Positions 1 through 8,866 of a stretch of DNA of 64,000 nucleotides are shown here, piece after piece. Source of the DNA: Candidatus Nomurabacteria bacterium (GTDB taxonomy: Bacteria > Patescibacteriota > Minisyncoccia > Phycocordibacterales > UBA5272); NCBI GenBank assembly GCA_040376695.1, contig JBEIQD010000001.1, positions 80,726 through 144,725 of the forward strand, in the 5' to 3' direction. The notes under the pieces are model-generated. The model saw only the letters and a program-made list of their open reading frames with translations. It did no database searches and was not told where the DNA came from. The position numbers were made by a program, and so were the translations under genes. Position 1 is the stretch's first letter. Each line of letters opens with the position of its first letter.

Positions 1-2376
1 AGTTGAATTGTCTGTATCAGGCAATTCACTGCTTTGCAGGAATCGAAGCGGGCTCTTATGGTGGGTAATGTAAAGCGTGTGTCGTGCACGAGTAAGAGCA
101 ACATAGAAGAGTCGTATAAAGTCATCTTCAGTATCCCCTGCACTTCCCAGTGGAATATTAATTGGGAATGTTAGTTTGTTCCCTCGCTTACTGCCCGCCC
201 ATATATCATCATTTACTGCCACGACAAACACATACGCGAATTCAAGTCCTTTAGCGCCATGGGAGGTAAGTAATGATATAGAGTTTTCATTGTGCGCAAA
301 CGGGGTTTTATTAACGAGCGCGATATTGTAGTCCTTGTAGAGTTGAACAAATTTCATTACGTCTCCTGCTTTCAATATTTCATATTCTCTATATTCACGA
401 AGAGCTCGTATGAATTCACCGAGAGAAGAAAGAAAATGTATGTAGGCACTTTTTTTCTCAGCAAGTATTTCTTTACTAAAATAATACTCTTTATATGGAG
501 ATGTGTAGGTTGTTTGTAGCTTTAAGCTATATGGAGCAATTATATTGTCATCTTCCTCAGATTCTTGAATAAGAAGACTCTCCTTGCTCCCTATTAATGT
601 ATCGAGAATGATCTCTAGAGGTGTCGTTTGAGACGCAACACCAACTTCTATCAAAAACTCCGCGATGGTCTGTATTTGTGTGTCATCTGATTTGTGCATC
701 GCTTCTAACCATGAAGAGTGATTATTTTTAGCATCTTCGGCAATGCGCCAAATCGCCACTCTATCAATTCCCCAAAATGGAAAAGCAAGAATCTCTGGAA
801 GGAGATAATCTTTTTCAAACGCGCGTCCTCCTATAGAAGACAAAAGATCACATAAGGTAATGAGTTCTTTAACATGGGGTTCATCAAACACATTTTCTTC
901 TCGCTCGTATGAGTATGGTGCATGAAGTCTGTCTAAATATGGAAGAAGGTTTTTTAGTTGTTTATGCTCACGGGCAATGAGAGCTATTTCTTTCGGGGCC
1001 ACTCCCTCACGTATAAGGCGTGCCACTTCACTAGCTATATATACATATTCTTCTTCTGCGGTTGGAAAGGAGTGTGTATGAATGGTTCCTTTTTCAAGCT
1101 TTATATTTTTTGCTAGCAAGTCTTTACGTATTTCTGGGGACTCAAGACGATTGACTCCTTGCACAACAATTGCTCGTGCAAAATCTAATACCTTTTGTGT
1201 GGAGCGATAATTGTCTGTCAGCACAATAACCTCTACGTCTTTATAAAGCGTGCGGAAGGACAGTATGTTTGATATTTCAGCACCTTGGAATTTATAGATA
1301 GCTTGATCATCATCTCCCACTACACAAACGTTTGGATGTCCTTCATGAACGGGGTTGCTTGAAATAGCTTTTACGAGTGAGAGTTGTGCATTATTAGTAT
1401 CTTGAAACTCGTCCACCATAATATAGTGATACATCTCCTCTAATTCCGTACGAAGAGTGACGTTTTTTTCAAGCGCCTGCACTACTTGTAATATCATGTC
1501 TTCGTAATCAAAGTACCCTTCTTTGTGAAGGGCCGCTTGATACATTTCATATACATCACCTAATGCAAAAAGTTTTGGAAGCGATAGAAAATCTTTAAAT
1601 ACTCGAACTCCATTTTCATCTTTTCCTGTGAATTCTGTTTTCCATACAGATAGCGGTGTCGTCTTTTCTGTTTGATCAACTTCATTAAGTGAGCGTTTGA
1701 TGCTTTGCGCATACATATAACCTAAGTTACTCCCTGTCGCGTTCATTTCAGTGGACATGGCTTCAAAAGAAGCGCCTGAATCCTTACCTATGCGCTCTGG
1801 AAGATGTTTGAGAAGAATAGTATTTAAAGCTACATAGGCTTCTGTGTTTTCGACAAGGAGTTCCTTCCATCGCGTTGGTGTGAGTCCTCCCTTCTTAATA
1901 TCTTTGATACGCCCTTGAGATTCTTTTAGGTATGCGTACCCTCGTTCTGGATGGAAACTCCCAAGAACATGTTTATGAGGAAGCCGTTCAAAAATACTTT
2001 CCAAAATCTCGCTCTGTACAAGGTCACTTGCTGGACGAAAGTGTGTTGCATTAAAAAAGTATTCTGGATAACGTCCAATAATATCAGTACAAAAACTGTG
2101 AAATGTATAAATCGCAACACGGTAGGCATCGCTTCCAATGAGTGATTCCAATCGCTCACGCATGTTTCGTGCAGCAGTTTCTGTAAACGTAAGAAGAAGA
2201 ATGTTCGACGCTCGCGCAGTTCCCTGCTTTAAAATATTTCCTACACGAAGCGCAAGGAGCTCAGTTTTCCCAGACCCAGGTCCTGCAACAACCATCACTG
2301 GACCATCAGTTGTGTCTACTGCTTTTTTTTGAGAAGCATTTAATGTCTTATATCGTGCATTAAAGGTAGGTTCCAT
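1..2376 (-). CDS. ATP-dependent DNA helicase UvrD/PcrA family (runs off the window start; missing from ORF track)
   Basis: Manual translation from ATG at 2376: MEPTFNARYKTLNASQKKAV..GPVMVVAGPGSGKTELL..ILLLTFTETAARNMRERL; later YIMVDEFQDTN, VGDDDQAIYKFQGA, LTDNYRS, LLTSHGAKGLEF (SF1 helicase motifs). Confidence 0.92.
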   Translation of the reverse strand, partial: MEPTFNARYKTLNASQKKAVDTTDGPVMVVAGPGSGKTELLALRVGNILKQGTARASNILLLTFTETAARNMRERLESLIGSDAYRVAIYTFHSFCTDIIGRYPEYFFNATHFRPASDLVQSEILESIFERLPHKHVLGSFHPERGYAYLKESQGRIKDIKKGGLTPTRWKELLVENTEAYVALNTILLKHLPERIGKDSGASFEAMSTEMNATGSNLGYMYAQSIKRSLNEVDQTEKTTPLSVWKTEFTGKDENGVRVFKDFLSLPKLFALGDVYEMYQAALHKEGYFDYEDMILQVVQALEKNVTLRTELEEMYHYIMVDEFQDTNNAQLSLVKAISSNPVHEGHPNVCVVGDDDQAIYKFQGAEISNILSFRTLYKDVEVIVLTDNYRSTQKVLDFARAIVVQGVNRLESPEIRKDLLAKNIKLEKGTIHTHSFPTAEEEYVYIASEVARLIREGVAPKEIALIAREHKQLKNLLPYLDRLHAPYSYEREENVFDEPHVKELITLCDLLSSIGGRAFEKDYLLPEILAFPFWGIDRVAIWRIAEDAKNNHSSWLEAMHKSDDTQIQTIAEFLIEVGVASQTTPLEIILDTLIGSKESLLIQESEEDDNIIAPYSLKLQTTYTSPYKEYYFSKEILAEKKSAYIHFLSSLGEFIRALREYREYEILKAGDVMKFVQLYKDYNIALVNKTPFAHNENSISLLTSHGAKGLEFAYVFVVAVNDDIWAGSKRGNKLTFPINIPLGSAGDTEDDFIRLFYVALTRARHTLYITHHKSPLRFLQSSELPDTDNST

Positions 2377-2459
2377 CTACTGAGTATAGCGCACATTGAC
2401 AAGGACTTATTGTTAATGCAGTATGTTCAGTAAGTTCAACCAATATCTTTGGAGGAAAC

Positions 2460-3002
2460 ATGTTCTCTACAATCGATAACGGAATTATTAGGGTGTTTCA
2501 GTGGGTAATTCAACAAATAGAGCTCTACTCACCTTTCACAAGAAAAACATTGTTTACCCTAGTTTTTCTGACCATTCTCATGTTTAATGTTTTGCGAGTG
2601 TATGTGGCCACAAACCTTATGGGTTTGATTCCGCAAATGGGTGGTGTGGTTGTTTTTGGGTTTTTGATTATGTCACCACACATTATCAATCTCTACTTTC
2701 TTTCAAAAAAACCCCAAAGACAAGATGCTCTTCCCGTAGAAATAGAAACACGAAGATCTCTTCGTATGGGAGGTTTCATTTCTTTGGGTTTGGGGACAGT
2801 TCTTTATTCTTACTGGCTATACACAATAATCCGCGATCGGGAAGATTTTTTAATGGCTTTATTTGCAAGGACTCTTTATTGCGAGGTCTGGCTTGTTTTA
2901 TTGATCGAGTATCTCCTCTGCACCATGTCACTTCCGCCCGGTGAAAAGGAAAGGTTGAAGCAAGAACGTCTGAGCAAAAATGCAGCTGTGAATGCCGCAT
3001 AA
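2460..3002 (+). CDS. orphan membrane protein
   Basis: 180-aa ORF with several hydrophobic segments; TTGACA at 2396, GGAGGA SD, hairpin terminator after the stop. Confidence 0.7.
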   Translation: MFSTIDNGIIRVFQWVIQQIELYSPFTRKTLFTLVFLTILMFNVLRVYVATNLMGLIPQMGGVVVFGFLIMSPHIINLYFLSKKPQRQDALPVEIETRRSLRMGGFISLGLGTVLYSYWLYTIIRDREDFLMALFARTLYCEVWLVLLIEYLLCTMSLPPGEKERLKQERLSKNAAVNAA

Positions 3003-3039
3003 ACAAATTACCGAAGTCTTGGACTTCGGTAATTTTAGT

Positions 3040-3786
3040 TTATCTATGGAGTGCCTTAGTAACTATATTTTTTGTTGCGTAGGCAATATCAACAGGAATA
3101 GCTAGGATATATTGCATGGATTTCAGTACTGGATTTGAAAGACGACGTAACTGTGAACTATGTTCGTAGATGATGGTGAAGACACAAATGAAGAGCACGA
3201 GTGCAAATTTTTGTATTTCTGAGATATGGATATGAGTAAGTGTCTCAATCACAAGTGCTAGCCCAATAAATCCAACGATGGCGTATGCTGCAGCCGGCAT
3301 CCCTTTATATTTCTCTATCAGTTTTGAAAGAATTGGTGTAATGAACAGCATACTAATGATTCCAATACTCACTCCAATCATCACGATGTAAATGTTTTCA
3401 GAGAAGCTTACTGCAGAAATAACATTATCAATTGAAAATACTAGGTCAGCTAATGCGATTTGAGCAATCACACCTCGATAGGTTGGTTTTGCAACTATAT
3501 CTTTACCTTCTTCGTTCACCGGCTTTCCGAGATGGGTAACTGCTAAGTACACAAGATATGCCCCACCTGCAATTTTAAGCCATAGGTTCTCTATAATAAT
3601 AGAAGCAAGCAAGAGTGCCACTATTCTAAATAACGCACCAAGGATGATACCAATTCGAATAGCTCTAACTCTTTGCTTTTCAGGCAATGATTCAGCGAGT
3701 GTTGCGTTTACAAGAGCGTTGTCCACTGAGAGGAGCACTTCAATAATAAATAGTGAAATGATAATGGATACGTATGTTTCGAGCAT
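3040..3786 (-). CDS. TerC-family integral membrane protein
   Basis: IEVLLSVDNALV and IALADLVFSIDNV motifs. Confidence 0.9.
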   Translation of the reverse strand: MLETYVSIIISLFIIEVLLSVDNALVNATLAESLPEKQRVRAIRIGIILGALFRIVALLLASIIIENLWLKIAGGAYLVYLAVTHLGKPVNEEGKDIVAKPTYRGVIAQIALADLVFSIDNVISAVSFSENIYIVMIGVSIGIISMLFITPILSKLIEKYKGMPAAAYAIVGFIGLALVIETLTHIHISEIQKFALVLFICVFTIIYEHSSQLRRLSNPVLKSMQYILAIPVDIAYATKNIVTKALHR

Positions 3787-3790
3787 GAGT

Positions 3791-4387
3791 TTATTGTTGA
3801 GCTAGTTTGTCTATTGTTTTTTGTAATTCTTCTAATTCCGCCTGTAATTCTTCAACGAGAATATGGTCATCGCCTAATCGTTCAATTCCTGTGCGTAGTA
3901 CTTCCATATGGAACCACATGCGTTCATCATTCCCGGCTCCAAAGTTTGCAAGCATTCCTAAGCCTTCAACATTCATGAGTTCTATATAGCTTCTTGTATT
4001 TTGAATTTTATCCGCAAGAGATACCAAAATACTTTCCTCACCTGCTGTCTTAAGATTTTCGAGGTATCGAAGCTTTTCTTCTTTCCAAGAAGGTGGAATT
4101 TCGTTTCGTAGTTTAAATTCTTCGGTTACGCCAAGAACGATATCAAGTACTCGTTTACCAAATGTTTTTTCAAGCATTTCCTCCGTGTAGTCTGGAACAT
4201 CTTCAAGTGCATCATGAAGCAAGCCCGCAATGAGGATATCTTCGTCATGAGTAGATGATGAGAGAAGAATCATTACCCCCACAAGGTGTGTTATGTAAGG
4301 AGTTTTAAGGGAGTCTTTTCTGAACTGATTTCGATGGAGACGTGAGGCTTCATTGATAGCGTGTTGGAGTCGGTGCGTAAGAATCAT
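3791..4387 (-). CDS. HD-domain protein, Mesh1/small alarmone hydrolase-like
   Basis: PYITHL, AGLLHDALED, GVTE, LADKIQN motifs; start chosen downstream of TGcTATAAT. Confidence 0.8.
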   Translation of the reverse strand: MILTHRLQHAINEASRLHRNQFRKDSLKTPYITHLVGVMILLSSSTHDEDILIAGLLHDALEDVPDYTEEMLEKTFGKRVLDIVLGVTEEFKLRNEIPPSWKEEKLRYLENLKTAGEESILVSLADKIQNTRSYIELMNVEGLGMLANFGAGNDERMWFHMEVLRTGIERLGDDHILVEELQAELEELQKTIDKLAQQ

Positions 4388-4478
4388 AATGGTAGCCATT
4401 ATAGCAGACAGAGCGTGATCATAAGAAAATCCCTCCACATGTTTGATTTATGGAGGGGATTGTTCATTGATTAAAAAA

Positions 4479-4550
4479 CTAAATAGTCTTCGGCACTACC
4501 TTCTTTGGTTTCTTTGCTTCTCGTTTACCGTGTTGTTCTTTTTTTGCCAT
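4479..4550 (-). CDS. 23-aa basic peptide MAKKEQHGKREAKKPKKVVPKTI
   Basis: Manual translation; TATACT -10 just upstream. Confidence 0.5.
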   Translation of the reverse strand: MAKKEQHGKREAKKPKKVVPKTI

Positions 4551-4654
4551 ATGTATACAGTATAACTAGTTTACGTTGCTTGTTGTGTGGATAAACATTG
4601 TTTTTTGTATAAATTTTTTTGACAGAAATAACAGATATGTGGTACTGTGAAATA

Positions 4655-4783
4655 GGTCACCGGCCCTCCCTCCCCCTCCTCGTGTAAAATTGGGCCAAAG
4701 CGAACAAGGATTCTCATCTTTGGTCGTCGACCGTTTACCTCAAACGTCTGTGCATGTGCATAAGCGTTTGAGGTCTTTTTTTT
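4655..4783 (+). ncRNA. candidate small RNA with C-rich loop and intrinsic terminator
   Basis: TTGACA (4619) and TGgTACTGT (4640-4648) promoter; internal stems; hairpin ACCTCAAACG..CGTTTGAGGT plus T8 oriented for the + strand between two - strand genes. Confidence 0.55.
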
Positions 4784-5126
4784 ACTTCTGACACAACTTT
4801 GAAAGTGTTCGCCCTGCTTTTTCTGCTTCTTGTGAGCTTTTAAAATACACCTTATTTACCTCTTTTGTTTGCCCAGCATTTTGACACCAAGAGAACGTAT
4901 AGGTGGTACCACTCTTACTTCCGAAAGGTTGAGTGTCTTTGGGAGCGGTTTCCGCAGGACCCGAAAAAGCTCTATAGATAACTGGCTTCTGTAAGCTTTC
5001 GCTCTTAATTTGAAGGTAAAAGGTTAGGAATACTAGAAACAAAGCCGTACAAAGTATTGAAAGACAATCAAGGCATGAAAGCTTACTATTGATTTTTTTA
5101 ATGATTTCTTGTATACTGAGCCACAT
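4782..5126 (-). CDS. membrane-anchored protein with C-terminal Ada metal-binding-like domain
   Basis: TM helix, then GSKSGTTYTFSWC..NKVYFKSSQEAEKAGR..C. Confidence 0.6.
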   Translation of the reverse strand: MWLSIQEIIKKINSKLSCLDCLSILCTALFLVFLTFYLQIKSESLQKPVIYRAFSGPAETAPKDTQPFGSKSGTTYTFSWCQNAGQTKEVNKVYFKSSQEAEKAGRTLSKLCQK

Positions 5127-5150
5127 ATATAATCATATTTAGTATAGTCT

Positions 5151-5423
5151 ATGGCAACAAGAAAGGCCGCAGGTTCGGCAAAAAACCTAACAGATAGTAA
5201 ACCAAAGTACCTAGGTACTAAGCTTTACGCTGGAGAAACAGCAACAGCAGGAGCAATTATCGTTCGTCAGCGTGGTACAAAAATCATGCCAGGAAAGAAC
5301 GTTGGTCTTGGACGTGACCACACTCTTTTCGCCCTTAAGGCAGGAAAGGTTAACTTTTCAGAACGACGCATGAAGCATCTTGATGGAACTATTAAGCGAA
5401 AGAAGGTAGCAAATATCGACTAA
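5151..5423 (+). CDS. rpmA: 50S ribosomal protein L27
   Basis: [41 protein letters not shown]. Confidence 0.97.
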   Translation: MATRKAAGSAKNLTDSKPKYLGTKLYAGETATAGAIIVRQRGTKIMPGKNVGLGRDHTLFALKAGKVNFSERRMKHLDGTIKRKKVANID

Positions 5424-5465
5424 TACTCAAAACAAAAAACCGACTCTAATGAGTCGGTTTTTTGT

Positions 5466-5906
5466 TTATTTTACTTGGATTGTTATCTTTTCTTTTCGTT
5501 CCCCTTGTTTAAGATGTACATCGTACACTCCGAGAGATTTAATAGGAGATGAGAGCAGTATTTGCTTAGGGTCTACTGACATCTTTGTTGTGCTATAAAT
5601 AGCGTCAGCAATATCAGTTTCTTTTATTGATGCAAAGAGCTGTCCTTTTTGGTCGGCTTTCTTGTTAGAGAGTACAATTTCATTTTTCCGTAATGAATCT
5701 ATAAGTTGTGCAAAGGTATTGGTCGCAATTTCCTTTTTATGGAGCTTCGCGCCCTCTTTTGCTTTCCACTGTGAGAGTACGGCCGGGGTTGCGTGTACGG
5801 CGTCTCCTTTCTTAATAAGGACATTCATTGCGTATCCTTCAGCAACTTCCTTCACTTCGCCTCGTTTACCTAGGTTTGCCATATCTCGAAGAAGAATAAC
5901 TTTCAT
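5466..5906 (-). CDS. rplI: 50S ribosomal protein L9
   Basis: MKVILLRD..LGKRGEVKEVAEGYAMN, GQLFASI, PIKSLGVY. Confidence 0.93.
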   Translation of the reverse strand: MKVILLRDMANLGKRGEVKEVAEGYAMNVLIKKGDAVHATPAVLSQWKAKEGAKLHKKEIATNTFAQLIDSLRKNEIVLSNKKADQKGQLFASIKETDIADAIYSTTKMSVDPKQILLSSPIKSLGVYDVHLKQGERKEKITIQVK

Positions 5907-5959
5907 GTGGTGCATTATACAAAAAAACACTCCCTAAGCCAAATGGGAGTGTTTTTATA

Positions 5960-7192
5960 TTACTTCAGCGCCTTTACTGTTTGTATTGCTTTGAGAAGTT
6001 GTGTGTCGACAGGTTTTCCGTCACTTCCAAGCTTTGGAGTAGAGGTTCCAACGAGAGACTCAACATCAGGCTTAATACCATTCTCAGAGATGTTTACACC
6101 GTTTGGTGTAAACCATTTTGCAATGGTTACTTTCAATGATGATCCATCCGCAAAGTTAACAAGTTCCTGCACTGATCCTTTACCGAATGTTTTTTCTCCA
6201 ACAATGGTCGCCACACCTTGGTCTTTAAGAGCCCCAGCTAGAATTTCTGAAGCAGAAGCTGAGCCTCCGTCTACAAGCACCACCACCTTTGTTCCAGTAG
6301 GAACGCCCGCTAATCCTTGGCTTCTATGATTAACCACAGTTTCATTTTTCCCCTGCTTTTCACTCACCACCACTTTCCCTTCTTGTAGGAAATAACTTGC
6401 CATTGCGACTGAGGCATCAAGATATCCCCCTGGGTTACCTCGAAGGTCAATAATCATGCGTTTGTATCCCGAAACAATGAATTCGTTGAGGGCTCCCCTA
6501 AAAAGTTCTGGTGATTCTGCTGAGAAATTATATAGGTGAATAATAAATACGCCATCTTTCTTTTCTGTATCAATCGTTGGAATTTTTATTTCCTGGCGAG
6601 TAATAGTGATGTTTACAGGAGCTGTTCCTTTTGGGTGGATAACAGTAATAACAACATCCGTACCAATTTTCCCTCGAATAAGATTAACGGCTGCGTCAGA
6701 ATTTACTCCAATCATACTTTTCCCATCAACTGCTGTAATAATATCTCCAGCAAGAATACCTGCTTTCATAGCTGGGCTATCCTTAAGTGGTGCGATTACA
6801 ACAATACTTCCCTCCTTCATGCCAACGTTCATTCCTACTCCACCAAATGATCCTTGCACGTTTTCAGCAAAACTCTTTGCTTCTTGTGGTGGGAAAAACA
6901 CGGTATAAGGGTCTTTGTAGCTATCCACGTAGCCTGCAATCATTCCGTATTCAAGTTCTTTATCAGTCGGAAGCGTAGAAGAAGCTTTCCAGAAAACAAA
7001 CTTATCATTAAGGGCACCTTGTACCTGGCTGAGAAGTGCACTGTCTAACTTTCCGTCCATTTTGTTAGTACGGTCACTCATTGCGGCGCCAACCAAAATA
7101 CCAGCTCCGAAAAGAACTGTTATAAGGAGAATAGTTGCTGCTGGTCGTGCTTTGTTTGTAGGGTGTTTAAAGAAAGAAAGAATAGTATTCAT
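5960..7192 (-). CDS. S41 carboxyl-terminal processing protease (PDZ)
   Basis: DPYT, PDZ domain, IIDLRGNPGG, SASASEILAGAL, TFGKGSVQ. Confidence 0.95.
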   Translation of the reverse strand: MNTILSFFKHPTNKARPAATILLITVLFGAGILVGAAMSDRTNKMDGKLDSALLSQVQGALNDKFVFWKASSTLPTDKELEYGMIAGYVDSYKDPYTVFFPPQEAKSFAENVQGSFGGVGMNVGMKEGSIVVIAPLKDSPAMKAGILAGDIITAVDGKSMIGVNSDAAVNLIRGKIGTDVVITVIHPKGTAPVNITITRQEIKIPTIDTEKKDGVFIIHLYNFSAESPELFRGALNEFIVSGYKRMIIDLRGNPGGYLDASVAMASYFLQEGKVVVSEKQGKNETVVNHRSQGLAGVPTGTKVVVLVDGGSASASEILAGALKDQGVATIVGEKTFGKGSVQELVNFADGSSLKVTIAKWFTPNGVNISENGIKPDVESLVGTSTPKLGSDGKPVDTQLLKAIQTVKALK

Positions 7193-7249
7193 GGGTCTCA
7201 GTATACAGGTTTTGTATGTTAGAATAAAAGGAATAACTTACGACGATAT

Positions 7250-8638
7250 ATGACTCCGAAGATAGAACTATATAACACTAAAAGTCGTGAACTTGAAACG
7301 TTTATACCTGTACTCCCCGGTGTTGTTTCCATCTATTCCTGTGGTCCAACGGTCTATCACTATCAACATATAGGAAATATGCGGGCTGCAGTGTTTGCGG
7401 ACACACTTCACCGTATGTTTGTGCAATCAGGGTATGAGGTTCGTCATATTATTAACATTACGGATGTTGGTCATAACGTTGATGATGGTGACACGGGCGA
7501 AGATAAGATGGAAAAAGGTTCAAAGCGTGAAGGGAAAAGTGTGTGGGATATTGCAAAAATGTACACGGATGCATATTTTAAAGATCTTTCAGCTTTAGGT
7601 ATTCACGTAGACGAGTATCTTTTTCCCCGTGCAACAGACCACATTCAAGAACAAATTGACCTTATCAAAAAGCTAGAAGCTAAGGGTTCAACATACACAA
7701 TCACTGATGGAGTTTATTTCGATACTTCAACCTTTGAACACTACGCAGATTTTGCTCACCTCGATATTGAAGGACTTAAATCAGGGGCTCGAGTAGAAGA
7801 AAATTTAGAAAAGCGAAATATAACAGATTTTGCGCTCTGGAAGTTCTCTCCTACTCATGAACAACGGCAAATGGAGTGGGATTCTCCGTGGGGTAAAGGG
7901 TTTCCGGGCTGGCACGTCGAGTGTTCTGCTATGGCTATGAAGTATCTTGGAGAACATTTTGATATCCATACAGGAGGAATTGAGCATATTCCAGTTCATC
8001 ATACAAATGAAATTGCACAGTCAGAGGCGGCAACGGGTACCCCTTATGTAAATTATTGGATGCATAACAACCACCTTTTAGACACTACAGGCAAGATGTC
8101 AAAATCAACGGGCGATTTTTTAACACTCAACACACTTATTGAAAAAGGATATGACCCTCTTGCATATAGATATTTCTTAATGTCAGCAAACTATCGAAAA
8201 GAACTTCTCTTTTCATTTGAAGCACTCGACGCAGCCGTTGTCGCGTATGAAAAATTACGTACATTTTGTCGACAAGAGAAGGATTCTATTGGTGTTCTTA
8301 ATACGGTATACGCACAGAGTTTTGATGATGCGTTGCGTGCAGATTTGAATACATCGAAAGCTTTATCGGTACTTTGGACGATGCTTAAAGATGACACTCT
8401 TTCAGGTGGAGATAAGTATGCAACACTTATGCATTACAATAAATTCTTTGGTTTTGGTTTGGAAAAAGTAGTAATGGATGTGCTTATAATTCCAGAAGCA
8501 GTGCAGGTTCTTTTGACTGCTCGTTCTCAAGCTCGAAATGAAAAGGATTTTGCTGAATCAGATAGACTGCGTGACGAGATACAAAAACATGGGTTTGTCG
8601 TAAAAGATACCCCAGAAGGTCAGGTGCTTTCTCAATAA
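7250..8638 (+). CDS. cysS: cysteine--tRNA ligase
   Basis: CGPTVY, HIGN, PGWHVECSAM, DIHTGG, KMSKS. Confidence 0.97.
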   Translation: MTPKIELYNTKSRELETFIPVLPGVVSIYSCGPTVYHYQHIGNMRAAVFADTLHRMFVQSGYEVRHIINITDVGHNVDDGDTGEDKMEKGSKREGKSVWDIAKMYTDAYFKDLSALGIHVDEYLFPRATDHIQEQIDLIKKLEAKGSTYTITDGVYFDTSTFEHYADFAHLDIEGLKSGARVEENLEKRNITDFALWKFSPTHEQRQMEWDSPWGKGFPGWHVECSAMAMKYLGEHFDIHTGGIEHIPVHHTNEIAQSEAATGTPYVNYWMHNNHLLDTTGKMSKSTGDFLTLNTLIEKGYDPLAYRYFLMSANYRKELLFSFEALDAAVVAYEKLRTFCRQEKDSIGVLNTVYAQSFDDALRADLNTSKALSVLWTMLKDDTLSGGDKYATLMHYNKFFGFGLEKVVMDVLIIPEAVQVLLTARSQARNEKDFAESDRLRDEIQKHGFVVKDTPEGQVLSQ

Positions 8639-8641
8639 GGC

Positions 8642-8739
8642 AAAAAAAGTCCAGACTGGGTAGTCTGGACGAGAAACTCTAGAAAGAAATTCACCTCATC
8701 AGGACGGTGAACCAACCTTGCTGAAGGGTTGCCTAAGCT
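8642..8739 (-). ncRNA. candidate ~100-nt small RNA with three hairpins
   Basis: Minus-strand TTGCAG-17bp-TAGGAT promoter (8773-8745); terminator GTCCAGACT-accc-AGTCTGGAC-T7 oriented for the - strand although both neighbours are on +. Confidence 0.5.
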
Positions 8740-8866
8740 CTAATATCCTATCAAAAGCTATCTTTTGCTGCAAATTGAGTTATCCCCCTTTTTTCCACTA
8801 AAAAACCAGAAATGACACACAATTTCGTTTGTGGGAAGCGCAAATAGATTGGTACACTCAGGGGTA

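Noticed and set aside
8683-8712. CTGATGAG on the - strand as a hammerhead ribozyme core
   Set aside because: No stem II followed by GAAA in the required arrangement; the motif sits in a simple hairpin loop.
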